Shown piece by piece: positions 39,126 to 52,329 of a stretch of 64,000 nt of DNA (position 1 is its first letter; each line of letters opens with the position of its first letter). This DNA is from Octopus sinensis (taxonomy: Eukaryota). The notes under the pieces were generated by a model that was not told where the DNA came from, did not search any database, and was given only the letters and a program-made list of their open reading frames with translations. The DNA lies in assembly GCF_006345805.1 (NCBI RefSeq), contig NC_043016.1:7626001-7690000 (forward strand). Reading direction: 5' to 3'. The translations under genes and the position numbers were made by a program.

Positions 39126-40138
39126 GCTCAACAGCAACAGCAACAGCAATAGCAGCAACAACTACAGATATTTTCACTGCTGTTGTTATTGTTGATAGTA
39201 ATATTACTGCTACTTATACAGTTTTTAGTCGTTGTCATGACCACAGTTATTGTTTTCATGTTTTGTCTTTGCTATTGTAGCTCAGAGTGTTGATGTTGTG
39301 ATTGTTGCAGTCTTACTCTTCTAATATATTTTCATTCGCATCTGTGTTGTGTTATAGAAAATATTAAATCAATCCTTGTTCTTGACTGGTACTTTATTAT
39401 ATCAATGTTTCAAAAGATAATTTGAACTCAGAATTTAAAGGAATTTAAGGCAGCAAGCAAGCTAGCAGAATCATCAATGTCCTGGGCAAAAAAAAAAAAA
39501 AAGGCATAACAGCATTTCTTTTGAGTTCAGATGCCACTGGGCTTCACTTTGCTTTTTATCCTTTCAGGGTTGATTAATTAAGTACTGATTGAGCACCAAT
39601 GTCAATGTGATCAACTATCCCCCATCCCCATAAATTCTAGGCCCTTGTGCCTATAGTAGAAAGAATTAGTATTTTCACTTTATTGGAGCTCTTGGAGCTC
39701 CCAGAGTCTTGCATGTATAGCAGGCTTACTACCTGCTGCCTACGCTACCATGCTACTAATTCTTATCAGTTACCTAATAAACCGTTGTATTTCCCACTTC
39801 AAATTGTCATAGTTGTTTATTTTTTCTTATTCTTCCACATTGATCCTGTTGTCAACAAGGTATGCTATGTTGATTATCATGCATATTCTTACTTTTATTA
39901 TTATTATTATTATTATTTGACCAGGCTCCCGTGGCTTTTATGGGTTTTTCCACGTGTAACCTTTCGAAATGCCTCCCATTTCTGGGAGTTCTATTTGTTA
40001 CTTATTTTTGTTGTTATTGCACATTTTTACACGGAATTTTCACAAATGGACAAAACCCTTTGTAACCTTTCGTCCTGTTTTGTCCCTTCATGTTTTTAAT
40101 TAATTTTTGTCAGCCCTTGTGGCCAATAAAAGAATTAA

Positions 40139-40189
<51 letters not shown>

Positions 40190-40204
40190 TATTACTATTA
40201 TTAT

Positions 40205-40560
40205 GTGATGAAAATTCACAGCTTATTTTGCTGGGTATGATGGAAAGTGTTCAAATGGTCCATGAATAAGGGTTGTTTAAGGATATTGAACGAAACACCT
40301 ATGTTTCCAGAGGTGAATTATCCAAACCCCAAAGAATTCCTCTCAACACATGGCTAAGATGCTCCCCCACTACTTCTGCTTGTGATCAGAGATGCACATA
40401 TCGTCAGCCACTAAGGGACATGCTCAACTGGTTAAGGTCAAACAACTGACAAGCAAATCTGTGGTATTGAGCAGAATATTTTCTATGACCCATCTTTTAT
40501 ACCAAGACAAAACAAGGTACATGATAATTCTTCCAATCAGTTAGATCAGAAGCCATGAGA
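40205..40560 (-). mobile_element. Partial copy of the ~560-bp (AAT)n-associated element seen at 51643-52200
   Basis: Reverse complement match. Confidence 0.8.
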
Positions 40561-40629
40561 GCTATACCATGATGATGATGATCATCATCATCATCAACAT
40601 CATCATCATTATTATCATTATTATTACCA

Positions 40630-40698
<69 letters not shown>

Positions 40699-40789
40699 TT
40701 TGTTCTTTCAAAGTTGATAATATAAGTATCAGATGAGAACTGGGGGTTGATGTAATTGATTAGCACTCTCCCCTAAAATTTCAGGTTGT

Positions 40790-40978
40790 GCTCTCTTTAC
40801 TCTTTTACTTGTTTCAGTCATTTTACTGTAGCCATGCTGGAGCACCGTCTTTAGTCGGAGAAATTGACCCCAGGACTTATTCTGTCAGTTTCTTTTGCCA
40901 AACCGCTAAGTTACAGGGACGTAAACACACCAGCATCAGTTGCCAAGTGATGTAGGGAGGACAAACACAGACACACAA

Positions 40979-41033
<55 letters not shown>

Positions 41034-41203
41034 CATATATACGACAGGTGTCTTTCAGTTTCCGTCTACCAAATCCACTCATAAGGCTTTGGTCGACCCG
41101 AGGCTATAGTAGAAGACATTTTCCCAAGGTGCTACACAGTGGGACTAAACCCGGAACCATGTGGTTGGTAAGCAAGCTACTTATCACACAGCCACTCCTG
41201 CAT
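40790..41203 (-). mobile_element. SINE family A
   Basis: Head-to-tail match. Confidence 0.85.
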
Positions 41204-41496
41204 CTACAATAGAAAGAATTATTTTCATTGTGGTTGTTACTGGTATTTTCATTGTTCCTACCATTATTAGGGTAGTGGATTTGCAGATATGCCAGAACAT
41301 CAGAGAAAATGCATTACTACGATTACTTCAGTTCTTCATGTTCTGAGTTTAAATTTCACCAAACTCAACTTTGTATTGCATCTTTCTGGAATCAATAAAA
41401 TTAAAGTACTAATTAAATATTGAGATTGATATAATCAATGAACCCATCCATTAGCAATCTCCAGGCTTTGTGCTTATGTAAGACACAATTGTGAAG

Positions 41497-41950
41497 ATGC
41501 ATGACTCAGTGGTTGGAGCATCGAGTTCCCAATCATGAGGTAGTGAGTTCGATTCCTGGACCAGGCTGTCTGTTGTGTTCTTGAGCAAGACACTTTGCTT
41601 CACGTTGCTCCAGTCCACTCAGCTGTAGAAATAAGTTGCAACGTCACTGGTGCCAAGCTGTAACAGCCTTTGCCTTCCCCTTGGATAATATTGGTGGAAT
41701 GGAGAGGGGAGGTTGTTATGCACGGACAACTGCTGGTCTTCCATAAACAACCTTGCTTGGACGTGTACCTTGGAGGGGAGCTTTCTAGGCGGAATCTCAT
41801 GGTCATTCATTCATGGAGAGGAGAGGCTGATATGCATGGGTGACTGCTGGTCTTCCATAAACAAGCTTGCTTGGACTTGTGCCTCAGAAGGGAATTTTCT
41901 AGGTTCAATCCCATGGTCATTCACGACCAAAGGGAGTCTATATTTTTTTT
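41497..41950 (+). mobile_element. tRNA-derived SINE family D with an internal ~110-bp tandem duplication
   Basis: Head TGACTCAGTGGTTGGAGC...GAGTTCGATTCC; CTGCTGGTCTTCCATAAACAA.CTTGCTTGGAC occurs twice. Confidence 0.7.
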
Positions 41951-42564
41951 TACCCTTTTTAAGACAATTATTGTTGTTGTTGCAGATGAAACTGTTATTT
42001 TTGTTGTCTCAGCCCTTGCTGTTGTTATCATTCTCATAGTAGTTTAACCCAAAGTCAATATTTGTCCAGTAGACTTATGAGCAAAAATATTCCAGCTCAG
42101 AAAATTCTATCGTTTTTTACCTAGTACAATGAATCTAAAATTGGATTATCCAGCATGGCCTTCTATTTTAGGAAGTTATCTCAGGGATATTTGGTTGCTA
42201 TTTCTAGTGGGTTGCTATTGTTGGTACAAATGTTTCTATTGTTGTTATTGTTGCACTCCCTGTAGGATACAGTAGCCTAGCATCAACAATCTCAGCAGCA
42301 CCGTTTGTCCACTGATTGCGCTCATGCCGTCTCCACACTGATACCCCTGTCCCACTCATCCATCCATCCATCCTGCAACACTCAAACCCACCCCAGGCCA
42401 GCATAAATCACCACACCCAAGTCCTTACTTCCTTCAAAAAGCAACTCACTGGTCAAGAATGTCGTCAAAAATTAATTAGCCTCATCAGTACATGATGCCA
42501 GTACTTGCAATGTTATGAAAATTATGCCAACTAATTGAGCTCTGAGTTCAGGATTTATATTCTC

Positions 42565-42985
42565 TCTCTTTATTCTTTTACTTGTTTCAGTCACCTGACT
42601 GCGGCCATGCTGGAGCACCACCTTTAGTCAAGCAAATCATCACCAGGACTTATTCTTTGTAAGCCTGGTACTTATTCTATCAGTCTCTTTTGCCGAACCG
42701 CTATGTTACGGAGACGTAAACACATCAGCATTGGTTGTCAAGCGATGTTGGGAGAACAAACACAGACACACAAACATATATACACATACACACACACATA
42801 TATATATATATATATACATGCACGATGGGCTTCTTTCAGCTTCCGTTTATCAAATCCACTCACAAGGCTTTGGTTGGCCCAAGCTATAGTAGAAGACACT
42901 TGCCCCAGGTGCCACACAGTGGGGACTGAACCCGGAACAATGTGGTTGGTAAGCAAGCTACTTACCACACGGCCACTCCTGTGCC
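42565..42985 (-). mobile_element. SINE family A
   Basis: Head-to-tail match. Confidence 0.85.
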
Positions 42986-42989
42986 TATA

Positions 42990-43027
<38 letters not shown>

Positions 43028-43029
43028 GA

Positions 43030-43272
43030 GAACTTGGCATTATGTCGTGCTTGAGAAGACCCATGAAGCCAAGTAGAGTAGTGGCAGAGACTGGTGTCAC
43101 ATAAATGGCACCCATGCCAGTAGCATGTAAAAGCGCCCATTACATTCTTGGAGTGGTTGGTGTTAGGAAGGGCATCCAGCTTTTGAAAACCTTGGCAAAT
43201 CAGACTGGAGTTTGGTGCAGCCCTGGTCAGACCATCCAACCCATGCCAGCATGGGCAATGGATACTAAATGG

Positions 43273-43312
<40 letters not shown>
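43030..43312 (+). mobile_element. RTE 3' end with (GAT)n tail
   Basis: Match to the RTE 3' consensus. Confidence 0.7.
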
Positions 43313-43719
43313 ATATATCTCCATCTTTTTGTCAGAATGGCAGATTGTGCTCATAGACTTTTGCAAAACCTTCAGAAGTGGTGGGATGGAGTGGGGAAGA
43401 TATCCTCAAACCAGAATGCAGTAGAGTGGATTCCACTAAACACACACACACACACACATACACAAGAAGACAGATTAAATCTACCAGACATGTAGGTTAT
43501 GGCAGGGATTGAACTCAGAACACAAAGAGACAGAACAAATACAGTGCAAGACATCCAATCCAACATTTTTACAGTTCAACCAATCCATTGCTTTAAATTG
43601 ATACTGTCTTTTTTTTTTTTAATCAAGCCCAGAAGGATGAAAGGCAAATTTGATCTTGATGGGACTTGAACTCAAGAAACATCAACAGTTAGAAGAAATA
43701 CCATCAGGAGTGGCTGTAT

Positions 43720-44130
43720 AGGTGCAGGAGTGGCTGTGTGGTAAGTAGCTTGCTAACCAACCACATGGTTCCGGGTTCAGTCGACTGCGTGGCATCTTGG
43801 GCAAGTGTCTTCTGCTATAGCCCCGGGCCAACCAATGCCTTGTGAGTGGATTTGGTAGACGGAAACTGAAAGAAGCCCGTCATATATATGTATATATATA
43901 TATATGTGTATGTGTTTGTATGTCTGTGTTTGTCCCCCTAGTATTGCTTGACAACCTATGCTGGTGTGTTTACATCCCCGTCACTTAGCGGTTCGGCAAA
44001 AAGAGACCGATAGAATAAGTACTGGGCTTACAAAAAGAATAAGTCCCGGGGTCGATTTGCTCGACTAAAAGGCGGTGCTCCAGCATGGCCGCAGTCAAAA
44101 TGACTGAAACAAGTAAAAGAGTAAAAGAGT
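43720..44130 (+). mobile_element. SINE family A, well preserved
   Basis: Head-to-tail match. Confidence 0.9.
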
Positions 44131-44669
44131 AATAGCATTCTGTGCCAATTTGTGTGTATCATAAATAGCCATATGCTTATATATTCTTTATGTGGACAGG
44201 AAGTGAGTAAGCCTATCTCTGATGAAATGCTAATAAATGTTAAAACTAGTTACATCAATCTCTGTTTTTTTTGTGTTCTGGCAAAACCTGTGGTGTAGCC
44301 ATTTTGTTTATTTAACACAGCAAGGCTAAAATTGTATGTTTACAAACAACACATCCTTGCTTGCAAGGTTTACCATACATTCAACATATACATAGATGTG
44401 CGTTTGTGTTGTGTATATGTGTCTCTTGGTGCGTCTGTGTGTGTGTGTGTGTGTGTGTGTAATGTATTAACACACACAACCATAAAATAAAAATTACTAT
44501 ATATACATATATATATATATATATTATATATATTTATTTATTTATGTGTGTATTTATGTCTGTGTGTTCTTTGTGTGTCTATGTGTGTATTATAATAATA
44601 ATAATAATAATAATAATAATTGTGTACAGTGCTCAGGTGCACTACAACTCATCTAAAGTGTATATATAA

Positions 44670-47430
44670 TCAGGTGTAGTTTCGGCGGATTTCGGAAAGC
44701 ATGAGGGCCTTAAAAGATGCAGTGTCATGGCAGTCAACAACTGACGCAGGCAGTTTATTCCATGCTTCAGCAACTCTGAGCGTGAAAAAATGTTTCCGAA
44801 AGTCATGGGAGCTGTATTGTTTTCTGACTTTGTAGGCATGTCCACGTGTGTTAGACACATGGAGATCAAAAAGGTGTTCAGTGTTGTTGTTGGTGAGGTG
44901 GTTGATAACTTTGTGGGTGTTTACCAAGTCCGTCGCCAAACGCCGGAGCTTCAGTGAATCCATGCCCAGGGAAACAAGGCGCTCAGAATATGGTAGGTGT
45001 CTGATGGAGGGTATGCGTTTGGTTGCACGTCTCTGGACAGATTCCAGGAGGTCAATGTTCTGTGCAAGATAGGGGTTCCAACTGATGATGTGAATTCCAA
45101 GTGTGGCGTACCATAGCTGTATACAGTTTTAAATAGATGGCTGGAGAGCGGCTAACAAAAGACCTGCTGAGTGATGCCAAGACACCCTCGGCCTTCCTGA
45201 CAATCTTAGAGATATGCTTTGACCAACGCAAATCACTGCTGACAGTGATGCCTAGGTCACGCTCGCAAGAGGATTTCTTGATATCAGTGTTGTGGAGGGA
45301 GTAAGTGAACGCAGGGTTTTTTTCTCCAAATGCATGGTGGTACACTTGTCCACAGCCAGTTTCAGTTGCCAGTCTGTGATCCATTGCTGCATTGTGTCTA
45401 GGTCTGATTGCAGGAAAGAGTTGTAGACATCAGGATCTGTCCTCTTGATTTCAAGGTACAGCTTGATGTCGTCTGCATATTTCAATACTGTGGCATTCTT
45501 TAAATTGGCATCTATGTCGTTAATGTATGCCACAAACAAGAGGGGACCAAGGACAGATCCCTGTGGTACACCCGATGACATCTCATATGGTGTAGAGTGC
45601 TGTCCTAGAACTGTGACTACCTCCTTTCGGCTGAGGAAGGATTTCAACCAGTTAAAAAGGTCATCCCCCACACCCATTGCAGAGAGTTTCCACCATAAGC
45701 CTTTTGTGTGGCACAGAGTTGAAAGCCTTAGCAAAGTCAAGGTAGACAACATCCACCCATGAGCCACTGTCAGTAATCTGAGTAATGTCCTCAAGGAACT
45801 CGACAAGCTGGTCACTGCACTGGCAGCTGGAGTTAGGGACAAATCCATATTGTGAGGGTCGGATGAGACTGTGAGAGCTCCAGAAGTTCCAGAGTGTTTC
45901 TCTGACACACGATTCCATCAGTTTTGCAATACAGCTAGTGAGACTGACTGGGCGATAGTTGACAGGTGATGTGCGGTCACCCTTTTTGAAGAGAATGACA
46001 CTGGCAGTTTTCCACTGCTCCGGAGTAGCACCATTGTTGAGACAGTACTGGAAGAAAATAGAAAGCTGGTGTAAAAGGAAGTGCCTGCCACGTTTGAGAA
46101 GCAGGTATGTAACTCCATCGAGACCAGGGGAGGCATAGTTGCGCTTATTTTGAAGGTGACGTCGCAGCATTGCAGGTGTAAATTCCATAGTTGTTATGGA
46201 GTTTGCTGTTAGTGATGGTGAAGATGGTACATTTTGACTTTCACAGTGAATATGTTTGCATAGCACTCGGCAATGAGTTCTGCGCATTCCTTGGGGTCGT
46301 CAGTGATCTGGTTTGTGTGAGGGTTGCGAAGAGGGCCCACTGGAGAGTGAGGTCTCTGCTTTGAGTGCACATATTTCCAGAAACCTTGCTGTCAGGATTG
46401 GCTGCTATGCACTGTTCAAATTCAAGCACTGCTTTTTTTGTCACTTGCTTGAGATGGTTGGAGGATTTATTCCGCTTCTTCCTTTGTGTGTCTGATTTAT
46501 GCAACCTGTATTCCCGTTCAGCAGTCCGACGTTCCCTCCTGGCAAGTCGGACCGCTGAAGTTTCCCAAATTGCCCTTTTGGGGCGGTTCTTCTTTTTTTG
46601 TTTACGTGGCACTGATGCTGCACATGCTGCCCATATTGAGTCCAGGATACTCTGGAGTATAGTATTCACATCTCCAGAGTTGTAGAATTCACGCCAGTTT
46701 GGGTGCTGTAGTTCAGTGTGGTACAGGTTGCCAATCTGCTCTTTCCAATCGAAGGAAGCAGATTGGAGATGGTTCAGTTTTTGTTGCCCGCAAGAGCCAG
46801 ATTGGCGATGATCATAGCATGATCAGAGTCACCTAGAGGTTCCTCCGTAGTGCAATTGATAACCGCTTCAGGAGTTGTGGTGAAGAGCAGGTCCAAGGTG
46901 TTGTCGCCTCTTGTTGGAGAGGTGACTACTTGTGACCAGTTTGAGTCCAGCACAAGCTCAACAAAATCGTTTGCACTCTGTGGCCAATGGAAGGTCTCCC
47001 AATCGATCTCAGGATGATTGAAATCGCCTGCAATAAACACATAAGTGGCTGTTTTCCTGGCAGCAGCTCGGAGGACATTGCAAAGCTGTGTGTCCCGATG
47101 GTAACTTGGGGGACGATAAACAACGCCAAGCAGGAGTGTTGACATGGTCATACGCACGTCACAGAAAAAAACTTCTTCTTGTGATTCGTTCAAATCGGCA
47201 CAAGGAATTACCAAAAAATTTGAACGAACGTAGACCATCACACCACCACCACGGCGGTTAGTGCGGTCCTTACGGAAGAGGTTGTACCCCGTAATGTTGA
47301 AAACCCCATCACAGAGTAAGGAATGCGCCCATGTTTCCGTGACAGTGATGAAGTCAGGGTCAACACTTCTGACATAGGCGTTGAACAAATGTATTTTGTT
47401 GCATAAACTGCGAGCATTTAAGGACAACAA
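44670..47430 (-). pseudogene. LINE ORF2: APE endonuclease plus reverse transcriptase, frameshifted
   Basis: LNARSL, TETW, RGGGV, YRPP, GDFN, LDLLFT, SDH; NYRPVSLTSC, VVYLDFAKAFNSVPH, GVPQGSVLGPLLF, KYADD, RDLGI, RGH..K..FFT.RV..WNKLP. Confidence 0.92.
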
Positions 47431-47499
47431 TTTGTACCCTGCTCGCAGTTTATGATGGTGTGTAGAGGATGGCAGGTTGTTCTGGCTTAGTTTCCCTGA

Positions 47500-48692
47500 G
47501 TTGCTGTAGTCTTTTTAGTTATTGTGGGTAGAGAGCACTCAGACCAGCTGGTATCTCTCTTCCACGTTTTCAGCAGTCTTGACAAATCTCCAGATTTGTC
47601 CATCTTCCCGAAGACTGAAGCTTTCCTGTAGAGCTGAGTTCCTATTCAGGGAAGCCACTACACGTAGCTTCGGACGTACATCGGACGGTAAGCCTGGGCG
47701 TGTTCGGAAGGTGGTCCGATTTTCCCGCCCCAGCTTTAACTGAGGCCAGATGGTAAGAGGTTGCCTCAGGGGGTCCGTAAAAGACAACTTGATGAGCCTA
47801 GGTTTTGGGCCAGGTCGTCCAAGGCGGATAGCACACCGTTGGGGGAACGCAGCCTAGGTCTTTGGCTGAGTTGGCAGCAAAAGCCTGAAGATCAGCCATG
47901 TCTTCTGGTCCCCCAATGGCAATGACTTCATGGGTGGCAGAATCCGCGGTCTTAAATGCGACAAGAGGTACAGGTACAGGGAGGTTCTTTAGCAGAGCAT
48001 TCCGATAAGACCCTCATTGTGGAGTCCAACCTGAATGGTTGCTTTTATTCCTGCTACTTCCCTTTTAAAGCACGGATCGATTGTTTGCAGTTCTGCAAGA
48101 ACCGCACTGGTCATTGGTGTTGTTGTTGTTGCTGCTGTTGCTTGGTGTGTGGGTATTTTGTTGTTGATTTTGTTGTTGTTGTTGATGTTGCTGTGCTCGT
48201 TGTGGTGATTTTGTTGTTGCTGCTGCTCTGGTTGTGGTTGATTTTGTTGTTGCTGCTGCTGCTGCTCTAGTTGTTTGCTGCTGCTGTTGTTGTTGCGGTG
48301 CTCTGGTGGTGGTTGTTGATTTGTTGCTGCTGTTGCTGTTCGCCTCCTCCACGGGAGTGGCAGGGGGAGACACAATCGTCGGTTGTGGAGGCACGCAGGC
48401 CTGACACTGAAAAGTCCAAGATTTAAGCTGAACCATCTTCCAGAGTCTATCCATCATAGCATTATGATGGCTCTTTTTTTGGCCTGGGATCTTCTGAAAG
48501 TCCGTGGCACATTGAGGCAGACAGAGATGAGACATGTCCCACATTCGACCCAGCGATTACGGAAAGTATTTTCGGGTCCGTACAGATGTGGCAGGTGTGA
48601 TTTTCTGGGCAGTGTTCTATTTTAGAGCAGCGACCAGTCTTATCGCACGCCGCTATGGATTTCACATGGCGGATTCTGTTGGTTCTGGTCAT
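47500..48692 (-). pseudogene. LINE ORF1: N-terminal Cys/His (PHD-like) finger, poly-Q/T/A linker, CR1-like C-terminal domain; frameshifted
   Basis: C..C / ECGTC / WTFQCQAC cysteine clusters; GRENRTT..RP.LRVV..L..LRE..QIWRFVKTAEN.EER. Confidence 0.65.
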
Positions 48693-49265
48693 CCGTAGAG
48701 ACAGAACATGTAAACAACAATACGATAAAAGTAAAATATAAAATATTTGTTTTTGATTCGTTCTTTTTTGTGTATATTCCTTTTTTTCTTAAATAGGGGG
48801 TGTACATAAAAGTATTTGTGCGTATAGACACGGAGAAAGTTTGTAAACAGAAATGAAATTTTTGATTTTTTTGCAGGTGTAGTCCGTCACATTAAATAGT
48901 GTGATTTATTTTCACTCTGCACGTATATACATGTGTGTTACAAGTATCTATGTATGTATGTATGTCACTGCTTTATAAATTTTGGACGTACTTATGTCGT
49001 TCAACGATTTCTTTTACCCTCAACTACACGTGGTGAATTCTTCATTGTAGATCTGTGGTGGTCATCGTCGCGTAATATTTTCTCTTTAGTTTCCTCGCCA
49101 AATTGATTATACCCTAATCAACCATTGGTTTGTCTACTTGTGAATGTGTCTTGAACGGATAACGCTCAAGATTTGACCTGTAAGTGCAAAACCATAATAT
49201 AATACATACATATATATATATATATATACAATATACATACTACACACACACTTACATACATACAT

Positions 49266-49300
<35 letters not shown>

Positions 49301-49301
49301 T

Positions 49302-49530
49302 AACGATTTAGGAGTGACCCCAACAGGTCACTCGTCCACCAGAAAGAATTTAATTTAATTAGCTAATTTAATCATTAATGACACAGAAACGTTGCAACGT
49401 CTAAAAGATGAATTAGGGTAAATGTTTTTTAAATTTAACCTAATTTCTGAATTAATAATACTTGGCGGTGTGAGTTATGGCTGCTCTTTCTGGTGGACGA
49501 GTGACCTGTTGGGGTCACTCCTAAATCGTT
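49302..49530. repeat. Fold-back element with 46-bp perfect arms
   Basis: AACGATTTAGGAGTGACCCCAACAGGTCACTCGTCCACCAGAAAGA and its exact reverse complement at 49485-49530. Confidence 0.85.
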
Positions 49531-49623
49531 TATATTTATATATTTAGTCGATGACTATTTCTCTTTTCACCGGGCCGCTGGTTGCGATAAATTTCTATTG
49601 AATTTTTTGCTACCCTAAATTGA

Positions 49624-49667
<44 letters not shown>

Positions 49668-49899
49668 GTGTGTGTGTGCCTTTCACTATAATCTCTCTCC
49701 TACTTAGTCATCAAGCTTCAAATCCATTATTATAGGGGTGCTAAATCATATTTGTTATTATAATGATAGGGGAGGTGATAGTGGTGGTGGTGCTGTTGGT
49801 GATGCTGGTGCGTTGGCAACGGCGCTGGTGGTTGAAGTGCTGGTGGTTATAGTAAGTGCAATAATAAGGATGAGTGAAAGGATAATAATGAGGATAATG

Positions 49900-50450
49900 G
49901 GAACGATGTTAAGAACGGTTTTTGCAGTGACAGAGGTGGTGGTGGTGGTAGTGGTTGTGGTGGTGGTAGTAGTGGTGGTAGTAGCGATGATAATATTGAG
50001 TACTTCTTAATGGCTATGATAACATGGATAACAATTGCGATATTAATAACGATGACCAAATTGATTCAATGACACTTTACTTACAGAAGTGTAATTAATA
50101 ATGGTGATATTGACAGTGATGGTGGTGGTAGTAGTAGTGTTTGTAGCGGTGGTGGTAGTGGTGGTGTTTGTAGCGGTGGTAGTGGTGGTGATGGTGGTGG
50201 TGATTGTACCCGTGGCGGCAGCAAGATCAGCAGCAGTGGTCACAGTGACAACAGTAGTAGTAGTGGTGGTGGTGGTGGTGGTGGTGGTAGTGGTGGTGGT
50301 GGTGGTGGTTGTGGTGGTGGTGGTGGTTGATGTGGTGGTAGTGGTGGTTGTGGTGGTGGTGGTGGTGGTGGTGATGATGATGATGATGATGATGATGAGG
50401 ATGATGACGATGGTGATTATGAACATGTCATTAACACCAATGAGATTTTT
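49900..50450. repeat. (GGT)/(GAT)/(AGT) trinucleotide mosaic
   Basis: Directly visible. Confidence 0.9.
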
Positions 50451-50921
50451 GGTAGACACAATGCAACAAATCTGAATAGGTGTGACAAATATTATCAGTC
50501 AAATGAATTGACCCAGTAACCCACCGGATATTGCAGGTACCTACTTTTTCTTTTTTTTTTTTAATATATCACTTCAAGGAAGAGACATGAGGCAGAATCG
50601 CACTAAAGGAACCTGAATTCCTTACCACAAGTGTAAGTCATCCATTTTCCTACCACCATCACCAACACCAACACCACCATTATAAACAACAACAACAACA
50701 ACAACAACAATAAGCATAAATCATTTCTGATTCAGGCAAAAGGCCAGCAATTTTAGGGAGAGATAATGAGCTGATTAAATTAACTGCAATGCTTGATTGG
50801 TACTTTATTTCATTCCCCCTGGAAGGATGAAAGAGAAAATATGACCCCGAGTAGGAACCTAGAGAGCCAGAGGAAATGTCATAAAGCATTTTGCCTGACA
50901 CTCTAACAATCCTACTATTCC

Positions 50922-50999
<78 letters not shown>

Positions 51000-51089
51000 T
51001 GTCATAAAGCATTTTGCCTGACACTCTAACATAATAATAATAATAATGATAATAATAATAATAATATAATAATAATTATAATAATAATA

Positions 51090-51134
<45 letters not shown>

Positions 51135-51136
<2 letters not shown>

Positions 51137-52200
51137 GATGGGCTACAGCAAATAAGATGGGCTACAGCAAATTGTCTTGGTATAAAAGATGGGCTACAGC
51201 AAATATTCTGCTCAATACCACATATTTGCTATGCCCTGATGCAGTACCAGGCAGTGGCTCTCATGGGTTCTGATCTTAACTGATTGGAAGTGTTATCATG
51301 TACATTGTTTTGTCTGGTATTAAAAGATGGGCTACAGCAAATATTCTGCTCAATACCACAGATTTGCTATGCCCTGATGCAGTACCAGGCAGTGGCTCTC
51401 ATGGGTTCTGATCTTAACTGATTGGAAGTGTTATCATGTACATTGTTTTGTATTATTATAAAGGATGGGCTACAGCAAATATTCTGCTCAATACCACAGA
51501 TTTGCTATGCCCTGATGCAGTACCAGGCAGTGGCTCTCATGGCTTCTGATCTTAACTGATTGGAAGTGTTATCATGTACATTGTTTTGTCTTGGTATAAA
51601 GGATGGGCTACAGCAAAATTCTGCTCAATACCACAGATTGCTATGCCCTGATGCAGTACCAGGCAGTGGCTCTCCTGGCTTCTGATCTTAACTGATGGAA
51701 AGTGTTATCATGTACATTGTTTTGTTTGGTATAAAAGATGGGCTACAGCAAATATTCTGCTCAATGCCACAGATTTGCTTGTCAGTTGTTTGATCTTAAC
51801 CAGTTGAGCATGTCCCTTTGTGGCTGACGATATGTGCATCTCTGATCACGAGCAGAAGTAGTGGGGGAGGCAGCATCATAGCCATGTGTTGAGAAGGATT
51901 CTTTGGGGTTTGAATAATTCACCTCTGGAAACATGGGTGTTTCGTTCAACGTCCTTAAACAACCCTTATTCAGGGACCTTTTGAGCGGGATGGGTTACTC
52001 GATCTGAAGAAAATTCTAACTGGGCTCCACCTGCAAGGTCATGTGCTGTTTATCTTGATATGAGATCACCATGTCGCGCACATATGGTTGTGACGCATGT
52101 GCCTGGTGTACCCTTATCAGACGGGTAGTCATGATGGGTATACTGGGCTTCGTATATTTTACCCCAGTGTCACTTTGATGGCATGCTCTGCTCGCTCACT
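51135..52200 (+). mobile_element. ~560-bp (AAT)n-tailed element (51643-52200) preceded by a tandem array of its own first ~138 bp
   Basis: ATGCCCTGATGCAG at 51231, 51369, 51507 and 51643; (AAT)n on both sides. Confidence 0.85.
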
Positions 52201-52256
52201 CAATAATAATAATAATAATAATAATGATGATGTTGATGATGATGATGATAATGGTA

Positions 52257-52328
<72 letters not shown>

Positions 52329-52329
52329 G

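Larger units (their letters stand above)
44588..48700 (-). mobile_element. Near full-length CR1-type LINE with (ATT)n tail; 5' boundary uncertain
   Basis: ORF1, APE, RT and CR1-like C-terminus in order, 3' UTR ~50 nt, then (ATT)n. Confidence 0.92.

Noticed and set aside
42264-42312. Plus-strand terminal exon (GYSSLASTISAAPFVH*)
   Set aside because: Reasonable acceptor but short, unrecognised and with no supporting upstream exon.
44187-44195. Microexon CAG|GAA|GTGAGT on plus
   Set aside because: Weak pyrimidine tract; such matches arise by chance.
44213-44255. Hammerhead-like CTGATGA...AAAACTAGTT
   Set aside because: G12 is missing, stem II is weak and there is no stem I; at best a decayed relic.
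51135-51780. CRISPR-like array
   Set aside because: Whole 138-bp units repeat with no unique spacers; eukaryotic context, no cas genes.
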